The notes under the pieces are model-generated. The model did no database searches. It saw nothing but the letters and a program-made list of their open reading frames with translations, and was not told the DNA's origin. From NCBI GenBank assembly GCA_016288635.1, contig JAEEKZ010000018.1, positions 8,650 through 72,649 of the forward strand: 64,000 bases of DNA, in the 5' to 3' direction. The stretch comes from Bacillales bacterium. Lineage in GTDB: Bacteria > Bacillota_I > Bacilli_A > RF39 > UBA660. The translations under genes were made by a program, and so were the position numbers. Positions 46,840 to 56,081 of this stretch are shown here, in pieces. How positions within the stretch are numbered: position 1 is the stretch's first letter; every line of letters starts with the position of its first letter.

Positions 46840-49176
46840 ATGGCAAAAGTAAACAATAATGCACAACCTGAAACAGTTGCATCTGTTTGGGCTACGGTTA
46901 GACAAATCACTAGTGGTGTTGTAGTTCTTAATACTGGTGAACTTGTTTCTGGGGTAAAGATTATCCCTAGAAACATTTTTATCATGCAACAAGATGATAC
47001 AAATGCAATTATTTATGGTTTAAGTAAGTTTTATGACTCAATAGATTTTGACTATTGGTTAATTATTGGTGATAAACCAGTTGATTTGAATAATTATTTT
47101 AATTCAGTTCAGAATATTTATAACACAAGTAGTTCTGAGCATATTAGATCAATTGCACGTGATGACATTGTTAAAGCTAATAAATATGTTTCTGGAGACT
47201 ATGGTGTTTCTGATACAGAATATTTCTTATTATTTAAAGATAAAACAATACAATCAGTACAAGAAAGAATATCTAAGTTAATTAGTGGCATTAGGGAATG
47301 TGATCTTGATGCTACTCAAGTATCAAATGATGAACTTCGTTTAGTTATGGATACATTCTTAAGTAATGGTAAGAAAGCTATCGCTCTTGGCGATGAATCT
47401 GATGATGCAAAAGCAAATAATGATGTTAGTTTTGATGATACATATTTTAAGTATGGTGGAACATTCTCCACTATTCTTAGTGTAATCGGTTATCCTGGTT
47501 CTATTTATCCTGGATACTTGTCAGGTTTAATCAATATTCCTAATGCACGTATTTCAATTAAATATCAAAAAACTCAATTTGACTCATTGAGGAAGATTGT
47601 TGGTAGAGAAATAGCTATTTTAAAGCAAAAATATCAAACAGAAAGAGATTTAGCTTTACAGGAAAAATTAAGAAATGATTACGAAAATTTGGAATCATAT
47701 TTGAAAACAATTAAAGATAATGACATGCAAGTATTTAATTCATGTATGAATATTATGGTTTCTGCGGAAACTCTTGAATTATTAGAAGAACATAAGAATA
47801 ATGTTAGAAGATATCTTGAAAATATGGGAATTTCTTCCATTATTATGATTAAGGAATTGGATTCTGTGCTAAAGTCAATGTTACCTATTTTTGACGATCA
47901 ATTGGTAACTAGAAGAATTAACATTCCTATTCCATCTTATACTATGTCTACAATGTATCCATATGTATTTGACAGTTTAAAGGATCCTGGAGAATCATAT
48001 TTAGTTGGTGGAGATTTTTCTGGTGGTGTAGTTTTATTTGATCAATTTGCTTATTTAAAAAATACATCTTCTAATAGATATAACGCTAATATTATTGCTG
48101 TTGGAGAAAAGATTAATGGTAAAACAACATTATTAAAGTTACTTACTAGAGGTAATGTTAGAAATGGTAATGTTGTTTCGCTTGTTGATGAATCTTCTGA
48201 GTATGATTCTATGACTTCAAATTATGGCGGGGAATATCTTACTTTAGATTCGGATAATGTTGGTGGCATTTTAAACCCATTAGAAATAATAAATGATGTT
48301 ACGGATGACGAGAAGAAACAAGGATTAAATTATACGGCAATGGTTCGTACAATAACTTATTTAAAGGCTTTGTTAAAATATATTAATCCTAATGTTGAAG
48401 ATGATGTTGAGAAGAAATTTGAAGAAGTGTTAACGGTAACTTACAGACGTTTTCATATAGATATGAATACTGATTATTCAGAGATTCAATCTAGTCAGTA
48501 TCCAATATTTAATGATGTGTATGCAACTGTTAAGGGGTCTTATTTGTCTTCTCCAGAAGGATCTGCAGAACGTGATGTTTTAAAAAGACTTGAAAAGTGT
48601 GTTGTTCCTTTTGTAAATGATTATGCAAAGTACTTTAATGGTCATACGACATTAGAAATAAAGGATAATTTTATATCATTTGGGGTAAATTATTTAAATA
48701 CTCCAACCACAGTTAAATTAGGTTTAGAGCTTACAGCGTTAAAATATTGTTGGAAAAGAAGTTGCGATGTTAACCATTTTTCTTCAATAGTATTTGATAA
48801 TGTCAACACATTATTTAGTACTGACAATGTTTTTGCAGCTGATTATATTTCGCAAATAGTAAGAAGATCGTTATTATTTAGAAACGGATGTATTTTCTCT
48901 ATTGAAAATACTAAAGATTTAGTTTATCAAAATACAATTTCTTATACTAAATCTATGTTTGACAATAGTTCTTACTTCTTTGTTATGAATTTAAGAAAAC
49001 AAAATTTTAATTATTTATCTCGAATGATTAAATTTAATGATGCTGAAGAAGCCTTTATTAAATCGATTGGAAAGGGAGATTGCTTATTCCTTTGTGGTTC
49101 TAGAAGACTTCGACTTAATATAATAGTTTCCGATGAAGAATTGACTTCATTTGGATTAAATATAGATTTTCAATAG
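46840..49176 (+). CDS. VirB4-like (TraE/PrgJ/ConE-type) ATPase paralogue with degenerate catalytic motifs
   Basis: 778 aa, colinear over its full length with the 49495-51845 pair. Walker A pattern is kept (GEKINGKT). DPEGE becomes DESSE, Walker B DE becomes DN (IVFDNVN) and ITQQ becomes SIEN. Confidence 0.7.
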   Translation: MAKVNNNAQPETVASVWATVRQITSGVVVLNTGELVSGVKIIPRNIFIMQQDDTNAIIYGLSKFYDSIDFDYWLIIGDKPVDLNNYFNSVQNIYNTSSSEHIRSIARDDIVKANKYVSGDYGVSDTEYFLLFKDKTIQSVQERISKLISGIRECDLDATQVSNDELRLVMDTFLSNGKKAIALGDESDDAKANNDVSFDDTYFKYGGTFSTILSVIGYPGSIYPGYLSGLINIPNARISIKYQKTQFDSLRKIVGREIAILKQKYQTERDLALQEKLRNDYENLESYLKTIKDNDMQVFNSCMNIMVSAETLELLEEHKNNVRRYLENMGISSIIMIKELDSVLKSMLPIFDDQLVTRRINIPIPSYTMSTMYPYVFDSLKDPGESYLVGGDFSGGVVLFDQFAYLKNTSSNRYNANIIAVGEKINGKTTLLKLLTRGNVRNGNVVSLVDESSEYDSMTSNYGGEYLTLDSDNVGGILNPLEIINDVTDDEKKQGLNYTAMVRTITYLKALLKYINPNVEDDVEKKFEEVLTVTYRRFHIDMNTDYSEIQSSQYPIFNDVYATVKGSYLSSPEGSAERDVLKRLEKCVVPFVNDYAKYFNGHTTLEIKDNFISFGVNYLNTPTTVKLGLELTALKYCWKRSCDVNHFSSIVFDNVNTLFSTDNVFAADYISQIVRRSLLFRNGCIFSIENTKDLVYQNTISYTKSMFDNSSYFFVMNLRKQNFNYLSRMIKFNDAEEAFIKSIGKGDCLFLCGSRRLRLNIIVSDEELTSFGLNIDFQ

Positions 49177-49190
49177 AAAGGATGGTTTAA

Positions 49191-49505
49191 ATGAATAGTA
49201 ATTACTTGATTCCTGCTAATTCAAAAAGATCGCAGTTGATTCTTAACTGGCTTAAGCCAATTGATTTAATTATTCTAGTAAGTGGTGCACTAGTCACTGC
49301 TATATTAGCTTTCATTTTTGGTTCTAAAGCGACTTTTGTTGGGCTTGTACTTATGTGTGTGCCATTATTGGTTTGCGTTACACTAGTTCTTCAAGTACCA
49401 AATTATCATAATGTTCGCCAGTTATTAACAAATATTTTTACGTATTTCTTTATAAGACCAAGAACTTATTATTGGAGAGGCTGGTGTGTAGACGATGAAG
49501 AATGA
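49191..49505 (+). CDS. VirB3/PrgI-like small two-TM protein
   Basis: 104 aa with two TM helices (IDLIILVSGALVTAILAFIF; VGLVLMCVPLLVCVTLVL). It sits immediately upstream of, and overlaps, the VirB4-like gene, as VirB3-type genes do in Gram-positive T4SS loci. Confidence 0.5.
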   Translation: MNSNYLIPANSKRSQLILNWLKPIDLIILVSGALVTAILAFIFGSKATFVGLVLMCVPLLVCVTLVLQVPNYHNVRQLLTNIFTYFFIRPRTYYWRGWCVDDEE

Positions 49506-50055
49506 TATATACGCTGGTAGAAATTATTCTGAGGATTGGATTCCAATTAAGCAAATTGCAAATGGAATGATCGAACTCGATACTAATGAATTTGTTTGTG
49601 GCGTAAAAGTTCAGCCAAGGAATATATTTATTGTTCCTCAGCAAGAAAGAACAAATGTTATTAATAACTTATCTTCGTTTTATAATACGCTTGACTATGA
49701 ATTTTGGTTGGTTATTGTTAATAGACCGGTTGATATTGCTGCTTATATAGCTCGTTTACAAGTTTTAGAAAATTCTAATACAATGCATCCTGCTATTAAA
49801 AAAATGGTTAATGAAGATATAGCTAAAGCAAATCAGTTTGTTGGATCTAGTTATAATGTTACTGATACAGAGTATTATTTCTTATTTAAGGAAAAGAAAC
49901 CTGAATTAATAGAGAAAAAGTTAAATGATATTATTGGTGGTCTTTCTGGTGCAAGATTAACTGGTACAAGAGCAACAAATGAAGATATGAGGATGATACT
50001 AGACAATTTCTTCAGTGATTGTAAGAGTACGTCATTTAATTCGGTAGGTGTATAA
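49495..50055 (+). CDS. VirB4-like protein, N-terminal domain encoded as a separate ORF
   Basis: 186 aa aligning with aa ~13-190 of the 46840 ORF (GVKVQPRNIFIVPQQE vs GVKIIPRNIFIMQQDD; DTEYYFLFKEK vs DTEYFLLFKDK). It ends in TAATG, which is shared with the next ORF. Confidence 0.7.
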   Translation: MKNDIYAGRNYSEDWIPIKQIANGMIELDTNEFVCGVKVQPRNIFIVPQQERTNVINNLSSFYNTLDYEFWLVIVNRPVDIAAYIARLQVLENSNTMHPAIKKMVNEDIAKANQFVGSSYNVTDTEYYFLFKEKKPELIEKKLNDIIGGLSGARLTGTRATNEDMRMILDNFFSDCKSTSFNSVGV

Positions 50056-51845
50056 TGCTAAATGTTTTGAAGAGTGAAATAGCCCCAAAGGGTATAATTT
50101 TTAAACCAACAAGTTTTAGATTTGGGGATAATTATGGAGTTATATTTACGATTACTGCTTATCCTAGTAGTATTAATGAAGGATATTTGTCTGATATTAT
50201 AAACTTACCCGGTGTAAGAGTATCAATTAAACATATTCCTATTGGTTTTGATAAAATGAGAAATATGTTAAATAAAGAAATATCTGATTTAAAGTCTCGT
50301 TATGAAAAAGAGAAGGATTTAACATTAAAAGAGAAAATTAAGCAAGATTATGAAACGCAAGAAGCGTTTATTCAAATGCTAGCATCATCTCAGGCAAGAA
50401 TATTTGATTTTCAAATGCATGTTATGTTAACAGCAAATAGTAAGGAACAACTTGAATTTAGAAGATCTCAAGTTAGAAGTTATCTTGAAGGCTTAGATCT
50501 TAGAACAGTTAACTTAATGTTTGAGCAAGAAAAAGCTTTTAAATCAATGGTTCCTATTTTCCCTCCACAAGATATTGAGGAGAGAATTGGTAATGCAATA
50601 CCATCTATTTCTATAGCAGCAATGTATCCATTTGTATTTGATAGTATTAAAGACGATGGGTTGGGTTCATTGCTAGGAATTGATTTTTCAGGTGGAGTTG
50701 TATTATTTAATCAATTTCTATATCAAATTAAAAAGGTTAATAATAGAAATAATGCCAACTTGATCCTTTTAGGTAAGTCTGGTTCAGGTAAATCAACTGC
50801 GGCTAAATTATTGCTTAGAACACATATAAGAAATGGTTGTAAGTTAGTTGTTATAGACCCTGAAGGAGAATTAGAGGATTTAACTAAGAACTTAGATGGC
50901 GACTTCCTAGATGTTGGTAAGGGTGGAAAATTTGGTATGATTAACCCTCTTGAAGTTATTGCCGACGTTGATGAAGAGGAAATAGCTCAAGGATTAGGAA
51001 ATACTATTTTAACTAGAACTATTCAACAAGTTAAAGCGTTCTTAAAGTATTATTCTCCAGATATTGATGATGAGACATTGGGAATGTTTAGTGAAGTTTT
51101 ACAAGAAACGTATAAACGTAAAGGTATAGATTTTGATTCAGACTTCACAAAATTTTCTAGTGATGATTATCCTACATTTACTGAAGTTCACGAAACAGTA
51201 AAAGGACATTTATTGTCTATGGTAAATGCAACGAAAGAACGTGAAATATATGAAAAACTCGAACTTAAGATTAGACCTTTAGTTCATGAAATGAGATTCT
51301 ATTTCGATGGTCATACAACTGTACAGTTAACAAGTAATTTGATTGTATTTAATATTAGAGAAATAATGAATAGTGAAGATAATATTAAAAATGCGTTATT
51401 CTTTAATATTTTGAAGTTTGCGTGGGGCCAATGTCTTGATAGAAATGTAAATACAATATTAATGGTTGATGAGGCGCACGTATTACTTGCTAGTCATAAC
51501 GAATTAGGTGCTGAATTCTTAGCACAAGTTCAAAGACGTGCAAGAAAGTATAATACTGGTACAATTATAATTACGCAACAACCTACAGACTTTGCTGATC
51601 CAAAGATGATTGTTCATGGAAAAGCAATATTTGATAATGCTTCTTATTATCTAATTATGCAACTTCCTAAACAAGCGGTTGAAGATTTGGCAAAATTAAT
51701 TGATATTAATGAATCTGAAATGGAAAGTATAAAACAATATGAGCAAGGAGAAGGAATGTTCTTCTGCGGAAATAAACACATGAGAATTAATGTTGTAGCT
51801 ACCGAGGAAGAATTAGCTTCCTTTGGATATGGTGGAGGACATTAG
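50055..51845 (+). CDS. VirB4-like (TraE/PrgJ/ConE-type) ATPase, catalytic portion with canonical motifs
   Basis: 596 aa with Walker A GKSGSGKST, VVIDPEGE, Walker B ILMVDEAH, RRARKYNTGTIIITQQPTD and a C-terminus EEELASFG. Confidence 0.8.
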   Translation: MLNVLKSEIAPKGIIFKPTSFRFGDNYGVIFTITAYPSSINEGYLSDIINLPGVRVSIKHIPIGFDKMRNMLNKEISDLKSRYEKEKDLTLKEKIKQDYETQEAFIQMLASSQARIFDFQMHVMLTANSKEQLEFRRSQVRSYLEGLDLRTVNLMFEQEKAFKSMVPIFPPQDIEERIGNAIPSISIAAMYPFVFDSIKDDGLGSLLGIDFSGGVVLFNQFLYQIKKVNNRNNANLILLGKSGSGKSTAAKLLLRTHIRNGCKLVVIDPEGELEDLTKNLDGDFLDVGKGGKFGMINPLEVIADVDEEEIAQGLGNTILTRTIQQVKAFLKYYSPDIDDETLGMFSEVLQETYKRKGIDFDSDFTKFSSDDYPTFTEVHETVKGHLLSMVNATKEREIYEKLELKIRPLVHEMRFYFDGHTTVQLTSNLIVFNIREIMNSEDNIKNALFFNILKFAWGQCLDRNVNTILMVDEAHVLLASHNELGAEFLAQVQRRARKYNTGTIIITQQPTDFADPKMIVHGKAIFDNASYYLIMQLPKQAVEDLAKLIDINESEMESIKQYEQGEGMFFCGNKHMRINVVATEEELASFGYGGGH

Positions 51846-51869
51846 AATTAAGATTGGTGGTGAATTAAT

Positions 51870-53261
51870 ATGGATAGTAATTCTGAAGTTGAATCTAGTA
51901 GATCAACTGCTACGAATGAGGTTTCTGATAAAGATGGTTCTGAATTTGTCATAGAAAGACCTGAAGGCGAAAATCTTGAGACGACAATTCATATTAATTC
52001 AGACGGTCATAATAATGGTGATGATCCTCAAAAAGCAAGTTCTTCTAGTGGATCTGATAATTCTCAAAATATGACATTTGATGGGTCTTCTAATAAAGAA
52101 CAATCATCTAATCGCGGGAATTCTGAAAATAATAATAAACCAAATCAGAATTTGAATGCTGATGATGGGGATAAAACTGATGGAACAGGTGATGAGCTAA
52201 ATGATGGTTCATCCGGATCTTCTGATGATGTACTAAATAGTCAGAAAAATGCTTCTGAAACACCTGATATTTACGATATTATGGATAAGGATAAAGATAG
52301 TCCTGATAAAGCAAAGATATCAAAATCAGAAAGTGGTCATTTAGAGGATTCTGATGATGAGGATCCTGAATTTGATCATGAGTTTTCAGATGATGAATTC
52401 AAAGAAGCTGATGATTATCAGAGTGCCACATTGACAAGAACTAGAAGTGTAACCGATTCATCTAGTTCAGATGAGGATGAATCTGGAGAAAAAGCAAAAG
52501 GTGATGGTGAAACTTCAGATGTATCTGGTATAGATGGTGACGATTCTGATGAATTGGGTTCTAAGGATGATAAAACTCAAGATGCATCAAGTGAGGCAGG
52601 AGGAGAGTCTTCTGAGGATCCAAAGACTAGAGTAGAAACTGAAGAAAAAAAAGATTCTGAAAGTGGTTCAGATAATGCTGAAAGTAATAAATCAGCAGAT
52701 TCCGGGGAATCTTCAGATGGATCAAGTGATGAAAAGCCGACTGAAGAATCTAACAAATCAGGCAGTGAAGAAAACAAATCTGATGAGACGCCTGAAGAAT
52801 CGAAGGAGACGGGAAAAACTAGTGAGTCGGAAGATTCAAAGGGTGATGAAAAATCTGATGAAGATTCTGATTCTGATAGTTATGAAAGGCAGAATGAAAC
52901 TGCTGAATCAATGCGTCAAAATAAACTTAGATTTGGTGAGGAAAATGAAGGTTCTGCTCCAACAAGAGATATAACTCGTAATTCTGCTCGAAGTGCTGCT
53001 GGGTCTGAAGATTCAGATTCTTCCGATTCTGAAAAAGATGACAAGAAAGATGCTGAAAAAAAAGAAGAAGAAACAAATGAAGAGTCATCGAAAGAAACAA
53101 AGTCCGCAGATGCAGAAACCACTGAATCTAGGACAGATGAAATAAAAGGCCAAATTGCTGGTAAAGGTAAAAAGATAATGAAGTATATACTTGTAATTAT
53201 CCTTACTTTTATTTGTACTTTAGCTGCTTGTTATCTTATAGTTGGCTTGTGTGGATGTTAA
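51870..53261 (+). CDS. hyper-acidic Ser/Asp/Glu-rich disordered protein with C-terminal TM anchor
   Basis: 463 aa. About 430 aa are low-complexity (S, D, E, K, G, N), followed by a single C-terminal hydrophobic helix (YILVIILTFICTLAACYLIVGLCGC). SD GGTGG upstream. Confidence 0.7.
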   Translation: MDSNSEVESSRSTATNEVSDKDGSEFVIERPEGENLETTIHINSDGHNNGDDPQKASSSSGSDNSQNMTFDGSSNKEQSSNRGNSENNNKPNQNLNADDGDKTDGTGDELNDGSSGSSDDVLNSQKNASETPDIYDIMDKDKDSPDKAKISKSESGHLEDSDDEDPEFDHEFSDDEFKEADDYQSATLTRTRSVTDSSSSDEDESGEKAKGDGETSDVSGIDGDDSDELGSKDDKTQDASSEAGGESSEDPKTRVETEEKKDSESGSDNAESNKSADSGESSDGSSDEKPTEESNKSGSEENKSDETPEESKETGKTSESEDSKGDEKSDEDSDSDSYERQNETAESMRQNKLRFGEENEGSAPTRDITRNSARSAAGSEDSDSSDSEKDDKKDAEKKEEETNEESSKETKSADAETTESRTDEIKGQIAGKGKKIMKYILVIILTFICTLAACYLIVGLCGC

Positions 53262-53275
53262 ATATTTATTAAATT

Positions 53276-53301
53276 AAAAAACATATTTATTATGTTTTTT
53301 T
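53276..53301 (+). terminator. intrinsic terminator inside the island
   Basis: Perfect 10-bp stem AAAAAACATA/TATGTTTTTT with a 5-nt loop. AT-rich. Confidence 0.5.
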
Positions 53302-53334
53302 AATTATTTTTTATATAGATATAAATATAATATA

Positions 53335-53343
53335 TGATATAAT
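53335..53343 (+). promoter_or_regulatory. extended -10 element upstream of the coupling-protein gene
   Basis: TGaTATAAT (TATAAT 53338-53343), 24 nt upstream of ATG 53367. SD AAGGAGGGG. Confidence 0.45.
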
Positions 53344-53366
53344 TAATTAGAAAAGGAGGGGAATTT

Positions 53367-56081
53367 ATGCATTTTAAAGTAAAGAAAAAAGACTTTATTA
53401 TTTTCATTGTTTATTGCGTATTTTTCCTTTATATTTGTGCTTTAGTTGTGGTTAATGCTCTTTGGCTATTGAATAAGGGAGAATTCTATGGTATTTTTCC
53501 GTGGATTGCTGTTTTGTTTCCCTACAATTTTTTAACTGTAATTTTATTCTTAATTGTTGTATTTTGGACATTATCTTCAACTAAAAGTAGTATTTTTGAT
53601 AAAGATAGCGGAGGGAAAGGCTTATTTAGTTTAGTATTTGGTGATAAACCGTCAAACGGTTTTTCAAATTGGTCTTCCGAGAAGGATATGAGAAATGGAC
53701 AAGATGTTGTCAAAATTAATCCTTCAAGTGAAGAAACTAATGCTGCGGGGATTCCACTTATTAATAATGGTAGAGATGTATTTGTAGATAATGGTGAATA
53801 CCATAATATGGTTATCGGTTCTACCGGATCCGGTAAATCTACTACAATCGTTATTCCGTTAGTTACATTATTAGCTCGTCATGGTGAATCAATGATAATT
53901 ACAGACCCTAAGGGTGAGTTATATAGATCATCATCTGAGTATTTAAAAGAAAAAGGTTTTAATATTATACTTTTAAATTTCCGTGAGCCTTCGACAGGTA
54001 ATGCATGGAACCCTTTAGCGCTTCCATATGAGTATTATAAAAATGGTAAAGAAGATAAAGCTATAGAGTTGTTAACAGATATTTCTAAAAATATTATGTA
54101 TGAAAAAACTGATGATGTATTCTGGCAAAACTCTGCAGCTGACTACTTTGCCGGTATAGCTTTAGGATTATTTGAAGATGGAGAAATAGATGAAGTTAAC
54201 TTAAATAGTATAAGTTATGCAGCAAGTATTGGTGAAAAACGTGTGGGTATGAGTACTCTTATTAAAGAATACTTTAAACTTAAGGGTGAAGACTCACAAG
54301 CTTATTCTTATGCATCCGGTACTATTGATGCTCCAAATGAAACTAAGGGAAGTATTTTATCAACATTTAAACAAAAAGTTAGATTATTTACTTCTGGTAA
54401 AGCTTTAAGTGAAATGCTTTCTCATAGTGATTTTGATATGAGAGACATTGGTAGAAATAAAACTGCTGTTTTCCTAATTATTCATGATGAAAAGAAAACA
54501 TATCATGGATTAATGACAATATTTATTAAGCAATGTTATGAAACATTAATCGATGTTGCTCAAGAATGTGGAGGTAAGTTACCTCAAAGAACTAACTTTA
54601 TTCTTGATGAGTTTGCAAATATGCCACGACTTAATGATATTGATTCAATGATATCTGCAGCTCGTAGTAGATTGATAAGATTTACATTTATTATTCAAAA
54701 CTTTGCTCAGTTGGATGGAGTATATGGTAGTGAAGTAGCACTTACTATTCGTGGTAACTGTGGTAACACTGTATATTTGATATCTACTGAAACTAAGGCT
54801 TTGGAAGAAATTTCTAAGTTATGTGGTGATATTAAAGTTAAAGTTGGTAAAGGTGATAAAGAGGTTGAGGAAACTAGACCTTTGATATCTGTTACTGACT
54901 TACAAAAAATGAAACCATTTGAAGCCATTATTATGAGATTGCGTATGGCTCCATTTAGAACACAAATGACACCTTGTTTCAAAATGAACTGGGGTCTTAA
55001 ACAAGGAAATGCAGCATATTATGAAAGAGAATTAACTGAACCAAGGTTATTTGATATTGAAAAATATGTTAATGAACATAAAGAGCAGCCTTCTGGAGGT
55101 ATGCCGGGTATGCCTGGCGGTATGTTCGGTGGAGGTATGTCTGGAATGCCTGGCGGTATGTTTGGCGGAGGAGGCATGGGTGGAAGCATGTTTGGCCCTC
55201 CACCATCTAGTAAACCTTTATTTGAGGATCCTGTTCCAGGTGATAAACCTCCTAAGACAAGATCCACTGATTCTTCAGATACAGCATTCCCTAAGATTTC
55301 TGGATTAGAAAATATTGACTTCAATAATCTCGAGTCTGTTTCAGATGAGGATTTAGATAAGGCGCTTAAAGAACTTAATGAACAACTTAAGAAACTTAAC
55401 GACGAATCTGATGATAATGATGATATTAAGGCAAATGAAAATGATGATGATATTGTTGTCAAGAAAGATAATGACTCTGATTTATTTAAGAGTATGAAAT
55501 TCGATGACGATGATGATGATGACGATGATGATGTTATCATTGAAAATGATGTTAAATACGATGCAAATGATGATTCAAAGGCTATTGATGCAAAAATAAT
55601 TTCTGATTCAGATGACGATAATAAAAAGGATGATAGTTATATTCCTCCTTTTGAAAGTAGTAGATTTAATTTTGAATTTGATGATGATGATGATGACGAT
55701 GATGACGACGATGATAAAAAAGAAGAAGTATCTGTTGTTGGTATTCCAAATATGTTCAATTCTCATGGAAATAAAATTAATAATACCATTAATGTGTCAG
55801 AGATATCAAACGATGATTCAAAGGATGATGCTAAGGCAACGTTTAATTATATTGATGAAAATCAAAATAGTGAAAGTGAGTCTCATGGATATTTAGATGA
55901 TGATTATCAATCTCCAAGTGATAATGCTTCTAGTACCGATAGTAGTGAAATTAAGCCTGATAAATCCTCTACATCAACTGATTCAGATTTTAAATATAAA
56001 GTTGATAATGATAGTGTTATTGTTAACGAAAATATCGTTACAGATGATGAATACTATGATGATTTCTTTGGAGATGAATAA
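53367..56081 (+). CDS. VirD4/TraG-family type IV coupling protein with ~330-aa low-complexity C-terminal extension
   Basis: 904 aa with two N-terminal TM helices, Walker A VIGSTGSGKSTT, ITDPKGE, Walker B FILDEFANM and IIQNFAQL. The tail has Gly/Met repeats and poly-Asp runs. Confidence 0.8.
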   Translation: MHFKVKKKDFIIFIVYCVFFLYICALVVVNALWLLNKGEFYGIFPWIAVLFPYNFLTVILFLIVVFWTLSSTKSSIFDKDSGGKGLFSLVFGDKPSNGFSNWSSEKDMRNGQDVVKINPSSEETNAAGIPLINNGRDVFVDNGEYHNMVIGSTGSGKSTTIVIPLVTLLARHGESMIITDPKGELYRSSSEYLKEKGFNIILLNFREPSTGNAWNPLALPYEYYKNGKEDKAIELLTDISKNIMYEKTDDVFWQNSAADYFAGIALGLFEDGEIDEVNLNSISYAASIGEKRVGMSTLIKEYFKLKGEDSQAYSYASGTIDAPNETKGSILSTFKQKVRLFTSGKALSEMLSHSDFDMRDIGRNKTAVFLIIHDEKKTYHGLMTIFIKQCYETLIDVAQECGGKLPQRTNFILDEFANMPRLNDIDSMISAARSRLIRFTFIIQNFAQLDGVYGSEVALTIRGNCGNTVYLISTETKALEEISKLCGDIKVKVGKGDKEVEETRPLISVTDLQKMKPFEAIIMRLRMAPFRTQMTPCFKMNWGLKQGNAAYYERELTEPRLFDIEKYVNEHKEQPSGGMPGMPGGMFGGGMSGMPGGMFGGGGMGGSMFGPPPSSKPLFEDPVPGDKPPKTRSTDSSDTAFPKISGLENIDFNNLESVSDEDLDKALKELNEQLKKLNDESDDNDDIKANENDDDIVVKKDNDSDLFKSMKFDDDDDDDDDDVIIENDVKYDANDDSKAIDAKIISDSDDDNKKDDSYIPPFESSRFNFEFDDDDDDDDDDDDKKEEVSVVGIPNMFNSHGNKINNTINVSEISNDDSKDDAKATFNYIDENQNSESESHGYLDDDYQSPSDNASSTDSSEIKPDKSSTSTDSDFKYKVDNDSVIVNENIVTDDEYYDDFFGDE
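55095..55205 (+). repeat. in-frame Gly/Met(Pro/Phe) repeat GGMPGMPGGMFGGGMSGMPGGMFGGGGMGGSMFGPPP
   Basis: Near-identical units GGTATGCCTGGCGGTATGTT(C/T)GG occur twice within 55095-55205. Confidence 0.85.
55503..55715 (+). repeat. two GAT/GAC codon runs (about 10 and 12 consecutive Asp) in the coupling-protein tail
   Basis: By manual parsing, 55503-55532 holds 10 Asp codons and 55680-55715 holds 12 Asp codons. Confidence 0.85.

Noticed and set aside
49495-51845. Annotating the split VirB4-like gene simply as a pseudogene.
   Set aside because: Both parts are intact and full length relative to the paralogue. They are split exactly at the non-conserved linker and joined by a TAATG coupling overlap. 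The pseudogene or sequencing-error explanation cannot be excluded, so it is kept as a finding rather than a pseudogene call.
52577-53122. Alternative-frame and antisense ORFs (52577-52777, 52663-52974, 52916-53122) within the acidic-protein gene.
   Set aside because: They are artefacts of GAN/TCN codon repetition. Only the 51870-53261 frame runs the full length with an SD and a terminal TM helix.
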